Of a stretch of 59,877 nucleotides of DNA, positions 1 to 9,636 are shown one piece after another. The position numbers were made by a program, and so were the translations under genes. How positions within the stretch are numbered: position 1 is the stretch's first letter; each line of letters opens with the position of its first letter. A model generated the notes under the pieces. The model saw nothing but the letters and a program-made list of their open reading frames with translations, did not search any database and had not been told where the DNA came from. This DNA comes from a virus (lineage: Duplodnaviria; Caudoviricetes). Location: positions 1-59,877 of IMG/VR virus record IMGVR_UViG_3300037504_001591; one strand, written 5' to 3'.

Positions 1-924
1 TTAATTTTTAGATAAATAATTAGGTATGTAAGCAAAATTAAAAAATTGCTCTTTGTTTTGACTAAGAACTTTTCTTAATTTTTCTAATGACTTTGTTCTT
101 AATCTTCTAACTCTAGCTACTTTTATTTTCAATTCTCTTGATATGGCTGTGAAATCTTTGTGATTAAAGAAATGCTGGTCTAATATAAAATAAGAGGTAG
201 GATCTAGATTATCTCTCATTAATTGCTGCAAATAATTATATAAATACTCACAATTTTTTTGTGTTGTGATTTTTTGAATCTCAGGTATATCATTGTTATA
301 ATTAGCACTTGATTGTTTTATTAAATCATTTAGATTATCAAAATTATTTTCAAATATACAACCCCTTAAATTAAGATTTTTAAACCTAAAAATAGCTTTG
401 ATAAGGAATAAAGTACTATCTTTAATCTTCAACTCATTTATTATTTCCTTATTGGTAGGCTCTTTTTTATATTTAGTATAATAATCAACAATAAACTTAT
501 CATATCTTTTTACAGTATCTACCATATATCTACTGTTACCACTATTTTTTCTTATATAATCAATAATACATCCATGTACTCTCCTAGATGCAAATGTAAC
601 AAATTTACAATTAAATGAAGGGTCAAATCTATAAATAGCCTCCATTAAACCTACATTGCCATAACTAATAAAATCATCTTTTTCTACCATGTAATAAAGA
701 CCTTTATAACTTACTTGATTAAATAACCTGTCCGCAAAAAACTTTACAAGAGATTGCATTACCTTAACAATCTCTTCTAATACAACTTCATCTTTATTCT
801 TATAATATACTAAAAACAACTCATCTATATCTTTATTATATTTTTTGCTATAATATCTACCTACTTTATTTTTATTTCCTTTATTCTTTTGTTTATTATA
901 ACTCACATTCAAACCTCTGCTCAT
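1..924 (-). CDS. RNA polymerase sigma factor, FliA/WhiG/SigF-like (sigma70 group 3)
   Basis: Region 2 DDFISYGNVGLMEAIYRFDP..KFVTFASRRVHGCIIDYIRK, region 3 KKEPTNKEIINEL, region 4 HTH FTAISRELKIKVARVRRL. Confidence 0.9.
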   Translation of the reverse strand: MSRGLNVSYNKQKNKGNKNKVGRYYSKKYNKDIDELFLVYYKNKDEVVLEEIVKVMQSLVKFFADRLFNQVSYKGLYYMVEKDDFISYGNVGLMEAIYRFDPSFNCKFVTFASRRVHGCIIDYIRKNSGNSRYMVDTVKRYDKFIVDYYTKYKKEPTNKEIINELKIKDSTLFLIKAIFRFKNLNLRGCIFENNFDNLNDLIKQSSANYNNDIPEIQKITTQKNCEYLYNYLQQLMRDNLDPTSYFILDQHFFNHKDFTAISRELKIKVARVRRLRTKSLEKLRKVLSQNKEQFFNFAYIPNYLSKN

Positions 925-1300
925 ATAATTTGCATTCCAGTAGCTTTTTTCTTCTTCTATTAACCTCTTTTTTTAAAGAGATGTCATTTTCTAATTTACT
1001 TTTTAAACATCGAACTAGTAAATTTAAATCAGTATTATTAACATAATTAACAACAGTTTCATTGTTATCTTGATAAATCAAATCTACAATCCATGTATTA
1101 TTTCTAATATAAATATAAAAATGAAGATTAATTCCATCATAATTAACTGTAATAACATTTCCACTTATATATTTATCTTCATCAAGTAAATTAGAAACTT
1201 CTATTTGTGCAGCATAATAAGTATAATAAACATCTAATAAATATTCATTAAAAATATGTTTTAACATATTTTTAGTTACTTTTTTATTACTAATTTCCAT
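896..1300 (-). CDS. Hypothetical protein
   Basis: 134-aa ORF with GAGG SD, overlaps sigma gene start. Confidence 0.7.
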   Translation of the reverse strand: MEISNKKVTKNMLKHIFNEYLLDVYYTYYAAQIEVSNLLDEDKYISGNVITVNYDGINLHFYIYIRNNTWIVDLIYQDNNETVVNYVNNTDLNLLVRCLKSKLENDISLKKEVNRRRKKLLECKLYEQRFECEL

Positions 1301-1452
1301 AATTCTTATACCTCTCTTAGTATTGATTACCTTAAATATTTTATATTAATTTACTTTATGTTAAATACTTATCTATATTAAAAAAAAATTAGCATCGAAT
1401 TTTTTATATCAAATTTTTTATCCAATTTATTTACTTAAATGCAAATTATGTG

Positions 1453-2229
1453 TCAATGTATTGTGTCAAGATTTAATCCATCTTTCTCTTTCTGTGTGTC
1501 TTCAATTCTTTTATTAGCTATCTCAACATAAGGTTTATATAAATCAAATCCAATAAACCTCCTACCTAATCTCTTACATACAACACCAGTAGTTCCAGAA
1601 CCCGAAAACGGGTCAACAACTAAATCACCTTTTTTTGTAGTTAAATATAAACAAGTTTCCACCAACTTCTCGGGAAAACCTGAATGACCCCACTTTGACT
1701 TTGTTTCTTTCCTACCAAACTCTAAACCTTTCAACTTCTTTTTATTACTATTAAAAGGAATTTCCCAAACATTCCCCACATTCTTAGTTTTAAATACTTC
1801 AGGATTTTTTTCATAAACTGTTTTCTTATCAATACAAACACCATCAGAGGTATGTCTTAACCAAAATATATACTCTATTTGATTTGTTAATTGTCTATCT
1901 GTATTTGCAGGTTGACTATTATATCGATACCACACAACTGTATCATGCAACTTAAACATAACTTTATCGGTAGCCACCCTCATCAAATCAAAAGCTCTCA
2001 CGGTAGTTTCAGAATCATTCATACAATTCAACCAAAAATTCCCATCGTTTTTCAAAACTCGTTTAATTTCTATCAACCATTTCTCAACCCACTCTATATA
2101 TTGTAAGTACGAATTAAAATATGCTTCATAAGAAAACCCTTTCCAATAAGGCGGAGAAGTAACAACACAATCTACTGAACCAGTTTCTAATTGACTTAAA
2201 CCTTTTACTATATCTATATGCTTAACCAT
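1453..2229 (-). CDS. DNA methyltransferase, N4-C/N6-A beta class
   Basis: Catalytic TSPPY near N-terminus, SAM-binding DPFSGSGTT near C-terminus, HSGFPEKL motif. Confidence 0.93.
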   Translation of the reverse strand: MVKHIDIVKGLSQLETGSVDCVVTSPPYWKGFSYEAYFNSYLQYIEWVEKWLIEIKRVLKNDGNFWLNCMNDSETTVRAFDLMRVATDKVMFKLHDTVVWYRYNSQPANTDRQLTNQIEYIFWLRHTSDGVCIDKKTVYEKNPEVFKTKNVGNVWEIPFNSNKKKLKGLEFGRKETKSKWGHSGFPEKLVETCLYLTTKKGDLVVDPFSGSGTTGVVCKRLGRRFIGFDLYKPYVEIANKRIEDTQKEKDGLNLDTIH

Positions 2230-2291
2230 TTTTCTACCCCTCTTTATTTTAATTAATTAAACCCACCCTACCATCTCTAACTCTATAAACT

Positions 2292-2975
2292 TTACTTCCT
2301 CCCCTTAGCTTGCCTATTAATCCATTTTTCTCTCTCTTTTTCTTTTAAATCTATCATAAAAGAACTTGTGTTTATCAAAAATTTATTATACCCATCTGGA
2401 TAAAAAATTATATCAAATAATTGTATTAATCGATTATAAAAAAACTCTCCTGCTATTGCTACAAGTAACCAAGCTGGAAACATAACAAAAGTAATAATTC
2501 CCATCACATTTAAAGGTAGATGAGAGTAATCCCACCAAACATAACCTAAACTTCTTGATAATAAACCAACAATAAACTCTAATAACATAAAACATAAAGC
2601 ATAAATAACCCATCTTAATATCTTAAAAAATAAATGCTTAATATCTTCATTCTTACTAAAGTTTAACTTTCCAATACTCTGCTTTGATGGTAATATTTTC
2701 ATCAATAAAGGATATAAAAACATATAAGGTAAAAAAGACCATCCATATAATAAAGGTGTAAAAATAGATGTAGATCCTTCACTATTACCTTTAGTAGCAA
2801 TAGTTTCAAAAGAAAATCCATTATCTATTATACTCTTTATTAAAGTACCATAACCAGTATAAAGAACTTCTACTACAATACCTGTTAAACCCATAATTAT
2901 AAATAAAAATATAGATAAGTAAATTTTATATTTTAATTCATTACTCACAGTATCCTCCTTATTAAACATATACAA
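2292..2975 (-). CDS. Membrane protein, putative ABC-transporter permease CmpB/DUF1113 (TMEM229-like)
   Basis: About four TM helices and the family-like motif LEFIVG...WWDYSHLPLNVMGII. Confidence 0.7.
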   Translation of the reverse strand: MYMFNKEDTVSNELKYKIYLSIFLFIIMGLTGIVVEVLYTGYGTLIKSIIDNGFSFETIATKGNSEGSTSIFTPLLYGWSFLPYMFLYPLLMKILPSKQSIGKLNFSKNEDIKHLFFKILRWVIYALCFMLLEFIVGLLSRSLGYVWWDYSHLPLNVMGIITFVMFPAWLLVAIAGEFFYNRLIQLFDIIFYPDGYNKFLINTSSFMIDLKEKEREKWINRQAKGRK

Positions 2976-3022
2976 CCTTTTTTTTAAGATTTATTCATAT
3001 AGTTTAAAATGGGTATATTAAA

Positions 3023-3742
3023 TTATACTTTTTGGTTTGGTTTCATATACATGAATTTCTCCAATTCATTTTTTAACCAATTTAATTGCTCATTAAACTG
3101 GTCTATGTTATCAAATTCTTTTCTCAATATTTCAAGCTCTCTTTCACTTTTAATAATATTTTCCCATTCTTCCCAAGTCTTGGTTAAACAACCAATTTGG
3201 CATATCTTTTTTGTATAATATATATCAAATCGATAAATATTTAAAATAGTTTTTATAGTTGTATTATAAACATTAGCACCTGTAAGGTTAACACCTGTAA
3301 GATTAACACATGCAAGATAAGCACCTGTAAGATTAGACCATTGAAGGTCAGCTTCTCGAAGGTCTGTTCCTTGAAGGTCAGCTTCTCGAAGGTCTGTTCC
3401 TCGAAGGTCAGCACCTGTAAGATTAGACCATTGAAGGTCGGCTTCTCTAAGGTTAGCATCTCTAAGGTTAGCATCTCTAAGGTTAACATGTATGAGGCTC
3501 GCATTAGCAAGATTCGCACGTGTAAGATTAACACATGCAAGGTTAGCATTAGCAAGATTCGCACGTGTAAGATTAACACATGGAAGATTCGCACCTCTAA
3601 GATCCGCTCCTCTAAGATCCGCACATGCAAGGTTAGCACTTATAAGGGTGGCTCCTCTAAGGTCAGCCCTTTTCCCGCCTTCCTGGTCGTATAACCATAA
3701 CAAATGCTTTTCTAATATGTCTTTTGACTTATCTTCATTCAT
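3023..3742 (-). CDS. Pentapeptide repeat protein
   Basis: A(D/N)Lxx repeats, N-cap [18 protein letters not shown]-terminal QIGCL.KTWEEWE domain. Confidence 0.93.
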   Translation of the reverse strand: MNEDKSKDILEKHLLWLYDQEGGKRADLRGATLISANLACADLRGADLRGANLPCVNLTRANLANANLACVNLTRANLANASLIHVNLRDANLRDANLREADLQWSNLTGADLRGTDLREADLQGTDLREADLQWSNLTGAYLACVNLTGVNLTGANVYNTTIKTILNIYRFDIYYTKKICQIGCLTKTWEEWENIIKSERELEILRKEFDNIDQFNEQLNWLKNELEKFMYMKPNQKV

Positions 3743-4475
3743 TATTAGCCTCCTTTCTCTTTTCTATCATACTTTTTAACCATTCTAATTGCTCGTCAAA
3801 CTCTTCTTTACTACTAAATTGTTTTCTCAATATTTCCAATTCTCTTTCAGAATTGATAATTTTTTCCCATTCTTCCCAAGTCTTGTTTAAACATCCTATT
3901 TGGCATATTACATCTGTATAGTAAATATGAAACTTGTAAACATTTTGAATAGTTTTTATATTTGTATTGTAAACATTCGCATCTCTAAGGTCTGCATTAG
4001 TAAGGTAAGCATTAGTAAGGTAAGCATTGGTAAGGTCTGCACCGCTAAGCTTAGCACCGCTAAGGTTCACCCCTCTAAGGTCTGCATTATTAAGGTCTGC
4101 ATCTATAAGGTAAGCATTGGTAAGATTCGCACCTCTAAGGTTTGCACCCCTAAGGTAAGCACCGTTAAGGTTTGCACCCCTAAGGTCTGCATCTCTAAGG
4201 TAAGCACCGTTAAGGTTAGCACCGCTAAGGTTCACCCCTCTAAGGTCTGCATTATTAAGGTCTGCATCTATAAGGTAAGCATTGGTAAGATTCGCACCTC
4301 TAAGGTAAGCATTGGTAAGATTCGCATTGATAAGGCTAACACCGCTAAGATTCGCATCTCTAAGGTTCGCCCCTTCAAGGTCTGCACCTCTAAGGTAAGC
4401 ACCTCTAAGGTCAGCCCTTTTCCCGCCTTCCTGGTCGTATAACCATAACAAATGCTTTTCTAATATGTCTTTTGA
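3654..4475. repeat. 74-bp identical direct repeat (3654-3727 and 4402-4475) shared by the 5' ends of the two pentapeptide genes
   Basis: cctctaaggtcagcccttttcccgcc...aatatgtcttttga occurs twice exactly. Confidence 0.9.
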
Positions 4476-4502
4476 TTCTTTATATTTCATTATTTTTCCC
4501 AT
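3735..4502 (-). CDS. Pentapeptide repeat protein (tandem paralog)
   Basis: Same caps as the neighbour; ANL/AYL/ADL repeats. Confidence 0.93.
   Translation of the reverse strand: MGKIMKYKESKDILEKHLLWLYDQEGGKRADLRGAYLRGADLEGANLRDANLSGVSLINANLTNAYLRGANLTNAYLIDADLNNADLRGVNLSGANLNGAYLRDADLRGANLNGAYLRGANLRGANLTNAYLIDADLNNADLRGVNLSGAKLSGADLTNAYLTNAYLTNADLRDANVYNTNIKTIQNVYKFHIYYTDVICQIGCLNKTWEEWEKIINSERELEILRKQFSSKEEFDEQLEWLKSMIEKRKEANNE
4051..4306. repeat. 91-bp exact internal duplication (4051-4141 and 4216-4306) within a 15-bp-period array
   Basis: Direct reading; offset 165 bp = 11 pentapeptide units. Confidence 0.85.
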
Positions 4503-4508
4503 TATCTC

Positions 4509-4745
4509 CTAATCACATTTATTATACTTTACTTTAAAAGTATTTATAGAAAAATTACTTAAATTAAAATAATCTAAATAACCCTCTTTATTTTTATAAA
4601 AAACATACTTATTAAATCCTTGTATTTCTATATCTAGAATACAATCTATATCTTCTAAAAATCCTGTTTGTTCTTTTATATACTCGCCACAATGACAAAA
4701 CATACAAGCTAAAATTAACACTATTATAAATAGTAATTTATTCAT
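4509..4745 (-). CDS. Small exported protein, possible lipoprotein
   Basis: MNK + hydrophobic stretch + Cys residues (LILACMFCHC). Confidence 0.5.
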   Translation of the reverse strand: MNKLLFIIVLILACMFCHCGEYIKEQTGFLEDIDCILDIEIQGFNKYVFYKNKEGYLDYFNLSNFSINTFKVKYNKCD

Positions 4746-4992
4746 ATTTATCTAACTCCTCTGTCCTAATTTGCTCAAAATAAAAACAAATAACCTCATT
4801 TAGTTCTTCTAATACTTGTTTAAAAGTATAATTATCAAAATACTCTAATATCTTATCCTTAAATATTAAAAGCCTTCTTTTAAAATCAATCTTAAATCTT
4901 TCATAATGATATAAATAAGTTTCTATAAAATCATCTGTAATTTTGATTCCCTCATCCCCCATATACTCTATGTAATCATAGATTCTATTCAT
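4738..4992 (-). CDS. Hypothetical protein
   Basis: ORF with AGGAG SD in operon. Confidence 0.7.
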   Translation of the reverse strand: MNRIYDYIEYMGDEGIKITDDFIETYLYHYERFKIDFKRRLLIFKDKILEYFDNYTFKQVLEELNEVICFYFEQIRTEELDKYE

Positions 4993-5009
4993 CTTTTCTC
5001 TCCTTTTTA

Positions 5010-5261
5010 TTATAATAATAAATGTTCCTCTATATCAAATCTAATATAAATTTCCTCTTCCTCATAGTCTTTTTGTCTTGTAGTTATATATTCTAATGCT
5101 TTTTCTCTTGTCGAGAAAACACAAGATACAAAAGCATACATTTCCTCATCATCATATTCTAATACTACAAATACTTTCATTTTTTTGTACTCCTTTTTTT
5201 TTAATTTGTTTAACTCGTGTAACTGGTTTTCGAATATCATTTGCTGTCTCCAATTACTCAT
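5010..5261 (-). CDS. Small phage hypothetical protein
   Basis: MKVFVV...VFSTREKALEYI pattern common in small phage proteins. Confidence 0.65.
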   Translation of the reverse strand: MSNWRQQMIFENQLHELNKLKKKEYKKMKVFVVLEYDDEEMYAFVSCVFSTREKALEYITTRQKDYEEEEIYIRFDIEEHLLL

Positions 5262-5292
5262 ACAACCCCCTTAAAATAATTCTGTTTGCTCT

Positions 5293-5604
5293 TTAAATGA
5301 ACGGTTTATAAATATAAACTTCAATATAATAAAACTTAAATCTATCACAATACTCTATATTCAAATCATAAATAAAATCTTGATCAACATTATCCAAAAA
5401 TCTTCCTATTGCAAGTAAAGTTTCATAACAACTTATACTATAATCACTATCATTATAAACTAAATCTGTAATTTTTTTATTAAGATAATCTTCATCTTCA
5501 AGAAACTTAGTAACACTATAATGATCTACCCCAGGTAACTTTTTTAAATCATCAAAAGTTTCAATCTCATAAACATTATACTGAAGTTTATTAATATTAA
5601 TCAT
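5293..5604 (-). CDS. Hypothetical protein
   Basis: ORF with AAGGAG SD. Confidence 0.7.
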   Translation of the reverse strand: MININKLQYNVYEIETFDDLKKLPGVDHYSVTKFLEDEDYLNKKITDLVYNDSDYSISCYETLLAIGRFLDNVDQDFIYDLNIEYCDRFKFYYIEVYIYKPFI

Positions 5605-5614
5605 AAAACTCTCC

Positions 5615-6064
5615 TTAATAATGAGGTGTTATCAATAACACCTTTTCATCTTTAACATGTATAGCTTTAAAGACTGGTATCCACTGTTCATTTAAAAATT
5701 CTTTATCTGTTTGATAATAAAAAGAATCCCAATTTAAAGTAGAAAAATAAAAATCCTCAATACGTTGAGTCAATACTAAAGTATCATCATCTAAATTCTT
5801 TATCTTATCTCTTAATTCTTTTACAGTAAGATGCCCTTTATACTCTCTAGCTTTAGCTATAGGCTGGTTAATATTTGGCTCTCTTTTCTTTTGTGCCTCT
5901 ATTCTTGATAGCATGTTTTCTAATTCATTATCATCGGCATTAATATTACCAACAATTATTTCTTTACCACCAATACTTATAACGACTTCATAAGTATCTT
6001 CTTTTTTCTCAATTATACCTTCTTTTTCATTATAAACATATTTATGAATATACTTATCTTCCAT
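5615..6064 (-). CDS. Hypothetical protein
   Basis: ORF with AAGGAG SD; LTVKELRDKIKNLDDD pattern. Confidence 0.7.
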   Translation of the reverse strand: MEDKYIHKYVYNEKEGIIEKKEDTYEVVISIGGKEIIVGNINADDNELENMLSRIEAQKKREPNINQPIAKAREYKGHLTVKELRDKIKNLDDDTLVLTQRIEDFYFSTLNWDSFYYQTDKEFLNEQWIPVFKAIHVKDEKVLLITPHY

Positions 6065-6066
6065 AT

Positions 6067-6462
6067 TTACTCCTTTATTGATTCTATCGTGATTACTTGA
6101 TAATCAACAAAAATTACTCTTATATCATCATCAACAGGTATCTTACAATTGCCACCCAATTCTTTAACCTGTTCTTTTATATCATCTGTGATTAAATCAC
6201 TTATTTCTTTTTTCAAATCCCTATGTAATATTCTTTCACTATATCTTACACACGCATGATCTCTTATGATAACCCTATCATCTATAAAGTTTTTATTCAT
6301 CCAACTAATTTTTTGTTTGTATTTATTAATCTCCGAACTTTTTTTAGAGATTTGATCGATAAGTTCTTTTTTCTTATTATTAAGTTTTCTTACCTCATTT
6401 TCTGTAACTTTAATTTTATCAATATATTCTTTAATTAAAGACTTACTTCTTGTTTTTGTCAT
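6067..6462 (-). CDS. Coiled-coil protein with C-terminal DHAxxRYxER domain (RelE/DUF4258-like, tentative)
   Basis: IRDHACVRYSERIL motif; start moved to ATG 6462 behind GAGGAGG. Confidence 0.55.
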   Translation of the reverse strand: MTKTRSKSLIKEYIDKIKVTENEVRKLNNKKKELIDQISKKSSEINKYKQKISWMNKNFIDDRVIIRDHACVRYSERILHRDLKKEISDLITDDIKEQVKELGGNCKIPVDDDIRVIFVDYQVITIESIKE

Positions 6463-6838
6463 TATAACCCTCCTCACAAGAGATGTTATCATAACCCATA
6501 AAGTCATTTATATTATGCATAGTTTGTAAACGATTATAAAGTATTCTATTATTAATATAAGTACCCATATCAACTGTAACATCTTCATTTTTTCTATAGT
6601 CAGTTATACTAAAATTAACAAATTGTTTTGACAATTCATCTATGCACTTTTCATAAGTATCAAAAACCATGTATCTTTCATTACCTTCTGCTCCAATTTT
6701 TACATATTTTTTCGCATATTTAAGAGGGTTAGTACCTAAAATATTATAATAAACATATAAATTATCTTTAATTTTCTTTGCATCATATAAATCAAATGCA
6801 TGATCACAAACATCTTTTTCAAATACTATTATTTCCAT
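6443..6838 (-). CDS. Hypothetical protein
   Basis: ORF with AGGAG SD. Confidence 0.65.
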   Translation of the reverse strand: MEIIVFEKDVCDHAFDLYDAKKIKDNLYVYYNILGTNPLKYAKKYVKIGAEGNERYMVFDTYEKCIDELSKQFVNFSITDYRKNEDVTVDMGTYINNRILYNRLQTMHNINDFMGYDNISCEEGYNDKNKK

Positions 6839-6841
6839 AAA

Positions 6842-7039
6842 CTATCTCCTATCCATAAATCTAAAAGATATATTTATTAATATAAAAGTAATAAATATAC
6901 CCCCAAAAAACCCAGAAAGTATTAAAATTAAAATACTTCCAGGTATTATGTTAAAAATAGTCAAAATAATTAACACAACTACAAGTAATGTTAAACCAAT
7001 TAACATAAACTCACCCTTAGTCAATTTTCTTATTCTCAT
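6842..7039 (-). CDS. Small two-TM membrane protein
   Basis: Two hydrophobic helices in 65 aa. Confidence 0.65.
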   Translation of the reverse strand: MRIRKLTKGEFMLIGLTLLVVVLIILTIFNIIPGSILILILSGFFGGIFITFILINISFRFMDRR

Positions 7040-7484
7040 TTATCCATTCCTCTAATTTCCAATCTTCAGGAGTACCATATACCTGTGAATATACTTGATT
7101 TTCATACTCTTTACTTTCACTTTCTATTATGGATCTCCATTTGTCTAAACGACCTCTTTCAAAATTATACATAGCAGGATAAGTATTATAATACGGGGTC
7201 AGAGCAAAAGAGTAAGGCAATCCATTATAATCACAAAACTCACTAAAACATCTATAACATACAACTCCTGCATTCATTCTATTTACTGTATTTAAAGAAA
7301 AATAATTCCATACTCTATCTGGAACTATAAAATAATTATATTTATCCGATCTAGCACAAATACTACAAGTACTATACTTAAGCCATTTTAAATGTTTACC
7401 TATTATAGAAAAGGGAAACTTCTTTAGTAGTTCTCTAAACCATCTTCTAAATCTATAATAAGATCTATTGTATATATTTTTCAT
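7017..7484 (-). CDS. Hypothetical zinc-finger protein
   Basis: CSIC...CYRC pairs; AAGGAG SD. Confidence 0.6.
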   Translation of the reverse strand: MKNIYNRSYYRFRRWFRELLKKFPFSIIGKHLKWLKYSTCSICARSDKYNYFIVPDRVWNYFSLNTVNRMNAGVVCYRCFSEFCDYNGLPYSFALTPYYNTYPAMYNFERGRLDKWRSIIESESKEYENQVYSQVYGTPEDWKLEEWINENKKID

Positions 7485-7496
7485 ATTAAAAACTCC

Positions 7497-7757
7497 TTAA
7501 TGAATTTCACTTTCGATATTATTAATTGAAAGTTGATTTGCAATCTTTTTAGCTAGTTTATAAGCATCCTCCTCATACATATTCCAATTCTCTGCACAAT
7601 TATTTACCCAAACCGACCAATATTCATTTAAAGCTGTGGGTATGTAATATCTACCATTAACAGCTCCTTTTTTTACCTCAATAAAAATAGGAAACTTATC
7701 ATTATCTAAATAATGTTTTTTAATAATATTTAAATTCATAGATAACTCCTTTATCAA
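7497..7757 (-). CDS. Hypothetical protein (true start probably the internal MNLNII behind AAGGAG)
   Basis: ORF, SD. Confidence 0.6.
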   Translation of the reverse strand: MIKELSMNLNIIKKHYLDNDKFPIFIEVKKGAVNGRYYIPTALNEYWSVWVNNCAENWNMYEEDAYKLAKKIANQLSINNIESEIH

Positions 7758-7818
7758 AAAAATAGATATTATATTTATATATACTAATTACTTTATTTTT
7801 ATCTTCAATTAATTTTTT

Positions 7819-8154
7819 CTAACCATCTATTCCTATTTCTTCTACTTCTTTTAGTATAGAATTATTTTTTTCTTTCTGTTCACACAACCAATCTAAAAAA
7901 CATTTATACTTAGACATAAATAAACTAGAATTCATCTCATATTCATCATGAGAATCCTTACTAAAAGCACTTAAAAAATAGGAACAATGATAAACTTCAT
8001 TGATTCCACTTGAGGAAAAGCAAAATTTTGAGTCATTAACTTTATTTCTCACAAACTCTGAAGAAGTCCAACACTTAAAAGAGTCTGTAGCCCATTCAAA
8101 ATCTTTTTCTTTCTCTAAAATTTTATTAATTTTTTGTTCTCTTGTAATACCCAT
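7819..8154 (-). CDS. Hypothetical protein
   Basis: Strong AAAGGAGGT SD. Confidence 0.75.
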   Translation of the reverse strand: MGITREQKINKILEKEKDFEWATDSFKCWTSSEFVRNKVNDSKFCFSSSGINEVYHCSYFLSAFSKDSHDEYEMNSSLFMSKYKCFLDWLCEQKEKNNSILKEVEEIGIDG

Positions 8155-8200
8155 AAGGTACCTCCTTTAATTTAATTAAAAAATAGCTTTAAAAATAATT

Positions 8201-8539
8201 TTAAGTCCTTGTACTATCCTTATTATGATATAATTTTTGAAATTTTTTATATGCTTTTTTAAATTCCTTATTATCAATTTCATTAATATTATCAATAAAA
8301 TCATCCTTATTATCATTTAAAGTGTTAACCCATATTAAATTATACCCCTCAGGATATAACCTGTAATATTTTTGCCGTGATCTACTTCCCATTAATACCT
8401 CTTTTACTATATTTTCTTCGCCTACTGCATATTTTACAACCACACCTAAATCATTCATAGCATAACCTCTATATATTTTATAACCATTTAATCTAGGATA
8501 ACCTTCTCTAATATAAATAAAACAAAATATATTCATCAT
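8201..8539 (-). CDS. Hypothetical protein, likely paralog of 9320-9625
   Basis: KYYRLYPEGYNLIWV...DNKEFKKA versus KYKAIYDDYDYEWV...DNKGFKEA. Confidence 0.65.
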   Translation of the reverse strand: MMNIFCFIYIREGYPRLNGYKIYRGYAMNDLGVVVKYAVGEENIVKEVLMGSRSRQKYYRLYPEGYNLIWVNTLNDNKDDFIDNINEIDNKEFKKAYKKFQKLYHNKDSTRT

Positions 8540-8865
8540 TGTTTAACCTCGCTTGTTATATCAACTTTTATATTAAACTTTCTTACTGCATATAACAAGG
8601 TAATGTAACCTTGTAAATCCATTAAGTCATTTTCATCTTCAAAAGAAGATCCTCTAATTATCCTGTTGATTTTATCTTCTATTCTTATAAGAATTCTAAT
8701 TTCGTTTTGGGATATATTAGCCCTACTATCAATATCAACCAATTTAAAATCGATAGTAAACGCACTACCTCCATAAGAACTATTTTTAACTAATAATCTT
8801 TTAAATAAATCCTCAACAGCATCTCTAATACAATCTTTCATTAATAAATTTATTTTATCATCCAT
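8536..8865 (-). CDS. DUF1599 / nucleotide-modification-associated domain 1 (all-alpha NTP pyrophosphatase-like)
   Basis: KNSSYGGSAF...IRIEDKINRI...ENDLMDLQGY motif order. Confidence 0.75.
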   Translation of the reverse strand: MDDKINLLMKDCIRDAVEDLFKRLLVKNSSYGGSAFTIDFKLVDIDSRANISQNEIRILIRIEDKINRIIRGSSFEDENDLMDLQGYITLLYAVRKFNIKVDITSEVKQ

Positions 8866-8866
8866 C

Positions 8867-9235
8867 TTATTTAACTCCCTTTGTTAAAATACCAATTAAA
8901 GTATCAAAGTAATTATTGTATTTATCTAATTCTTTTTTATAAGTAGATCTAACCTCAATACTAATTAAGTTCTTTTCTATTGCATAGCTTAATTTATCAT
9001 CTAAACCTCTTAACAGTTCAATCAACCTTTCAACTTTCTCAAACATAATTTTAGTATTAATCACATTTCCCTCAAAGTTATCTCTTAGTTGCTCCTGGGC
9101 ATCATATAAGAAATTATAATTATGATTAACCCTACCTATACTTACCAAAGCTCCATAACTAAAAATAAAACTACAAATTATTAGTATAAAAGAAATATAA
9201 ACAAAAAATAAAAACTTAATTCTAATTGTTTTCAT
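8867..9235 (-). CDS. Membrane-anchored hypothetical protein
   Basis: N-terminal TM helix then helical region; AAGGAG SD. Confidence 0.65.
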   Translation of the reverse strand: MKTIRIKFLFFVYISFILIICSFIFSYGALVSIGRVNHNYNFLYDAQEQLRDNFEGNVINTKIMFEKVERLIELLRGLDDKLSYAIEKNLISIEVRSTYKKELDKYNNYFDTLIGILTKGVK

Positions 9236-9248
9236 TAATCACTCCTTT

Positions 9249-9288
9249 AAAAAAGAGAGGATAGAAAATTAATAAAAACTACCCTCTC
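9249..9288 (-). terminator. Rho-independent terminator
   Basis: GAGAGGGTAG...CTATCCTCTC stem followed by T6 on the minus strand. Confidence 0.65.
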
Positions 9289-9319
9289 ATAAATACTATT
9301 CGGAAAGGATAAAAAAATG

Positions 9320-9625
9320 TTACTTATCTATCATTTCATTATGTTTTTCAAGAGCCTCTTTAAATCCCTTGTTATCGACTTCAATAAAGTTTCCATTTTC
9401 ATCTAATAGCTCTACCCATTCGTAATCATAGTCATCGTAAATAGCTTTATATTTTTTATACTTATGCTCTGTTGTAAAAAATTTCTTTAACTCGTTATAA
9501 TCGGAATGCTCATAAAAAGCTATTTCTTGCCCATCTTCTGTAATTACAACAGCAGTATATTTTTCTATCATCGTTTTTGCATCATTTTTCATAACTCCAT
9601 AACAAAAACCATATATTTTATGCAT
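9320..9625 (-). CDS. Hypothetical protein, likely paralog of 8201-8539
   Basis: Shared motifs; AAGGAG SD. Confidence 0.7.
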   Translation of the reverse strand: MHKIYGFCYGVMKNDAKTMIEKYTAVVITEDGQEIAFYEHSDYNELKKFFTTEHKYKKYKAIYDDYDYEWVELLDENGNFIEVDNKGFKEALEKHNEMIDK

Positions 9626-9636
9626 TATTTTCTCCT

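Noticed and set aside
3290-4410. Repeat array as CRISPR or DGR template/variable repeat
   Set aside because: In-frame coding repeats without unique spacers; no cas or reverse transcriptase gene; differences are not adenine-specific
3253-4442. Alternative-frame and antisense ORFs over the pentapeptide genes
   Set aside because: Shadows of a 15-bp repeat lacking stops; no SD
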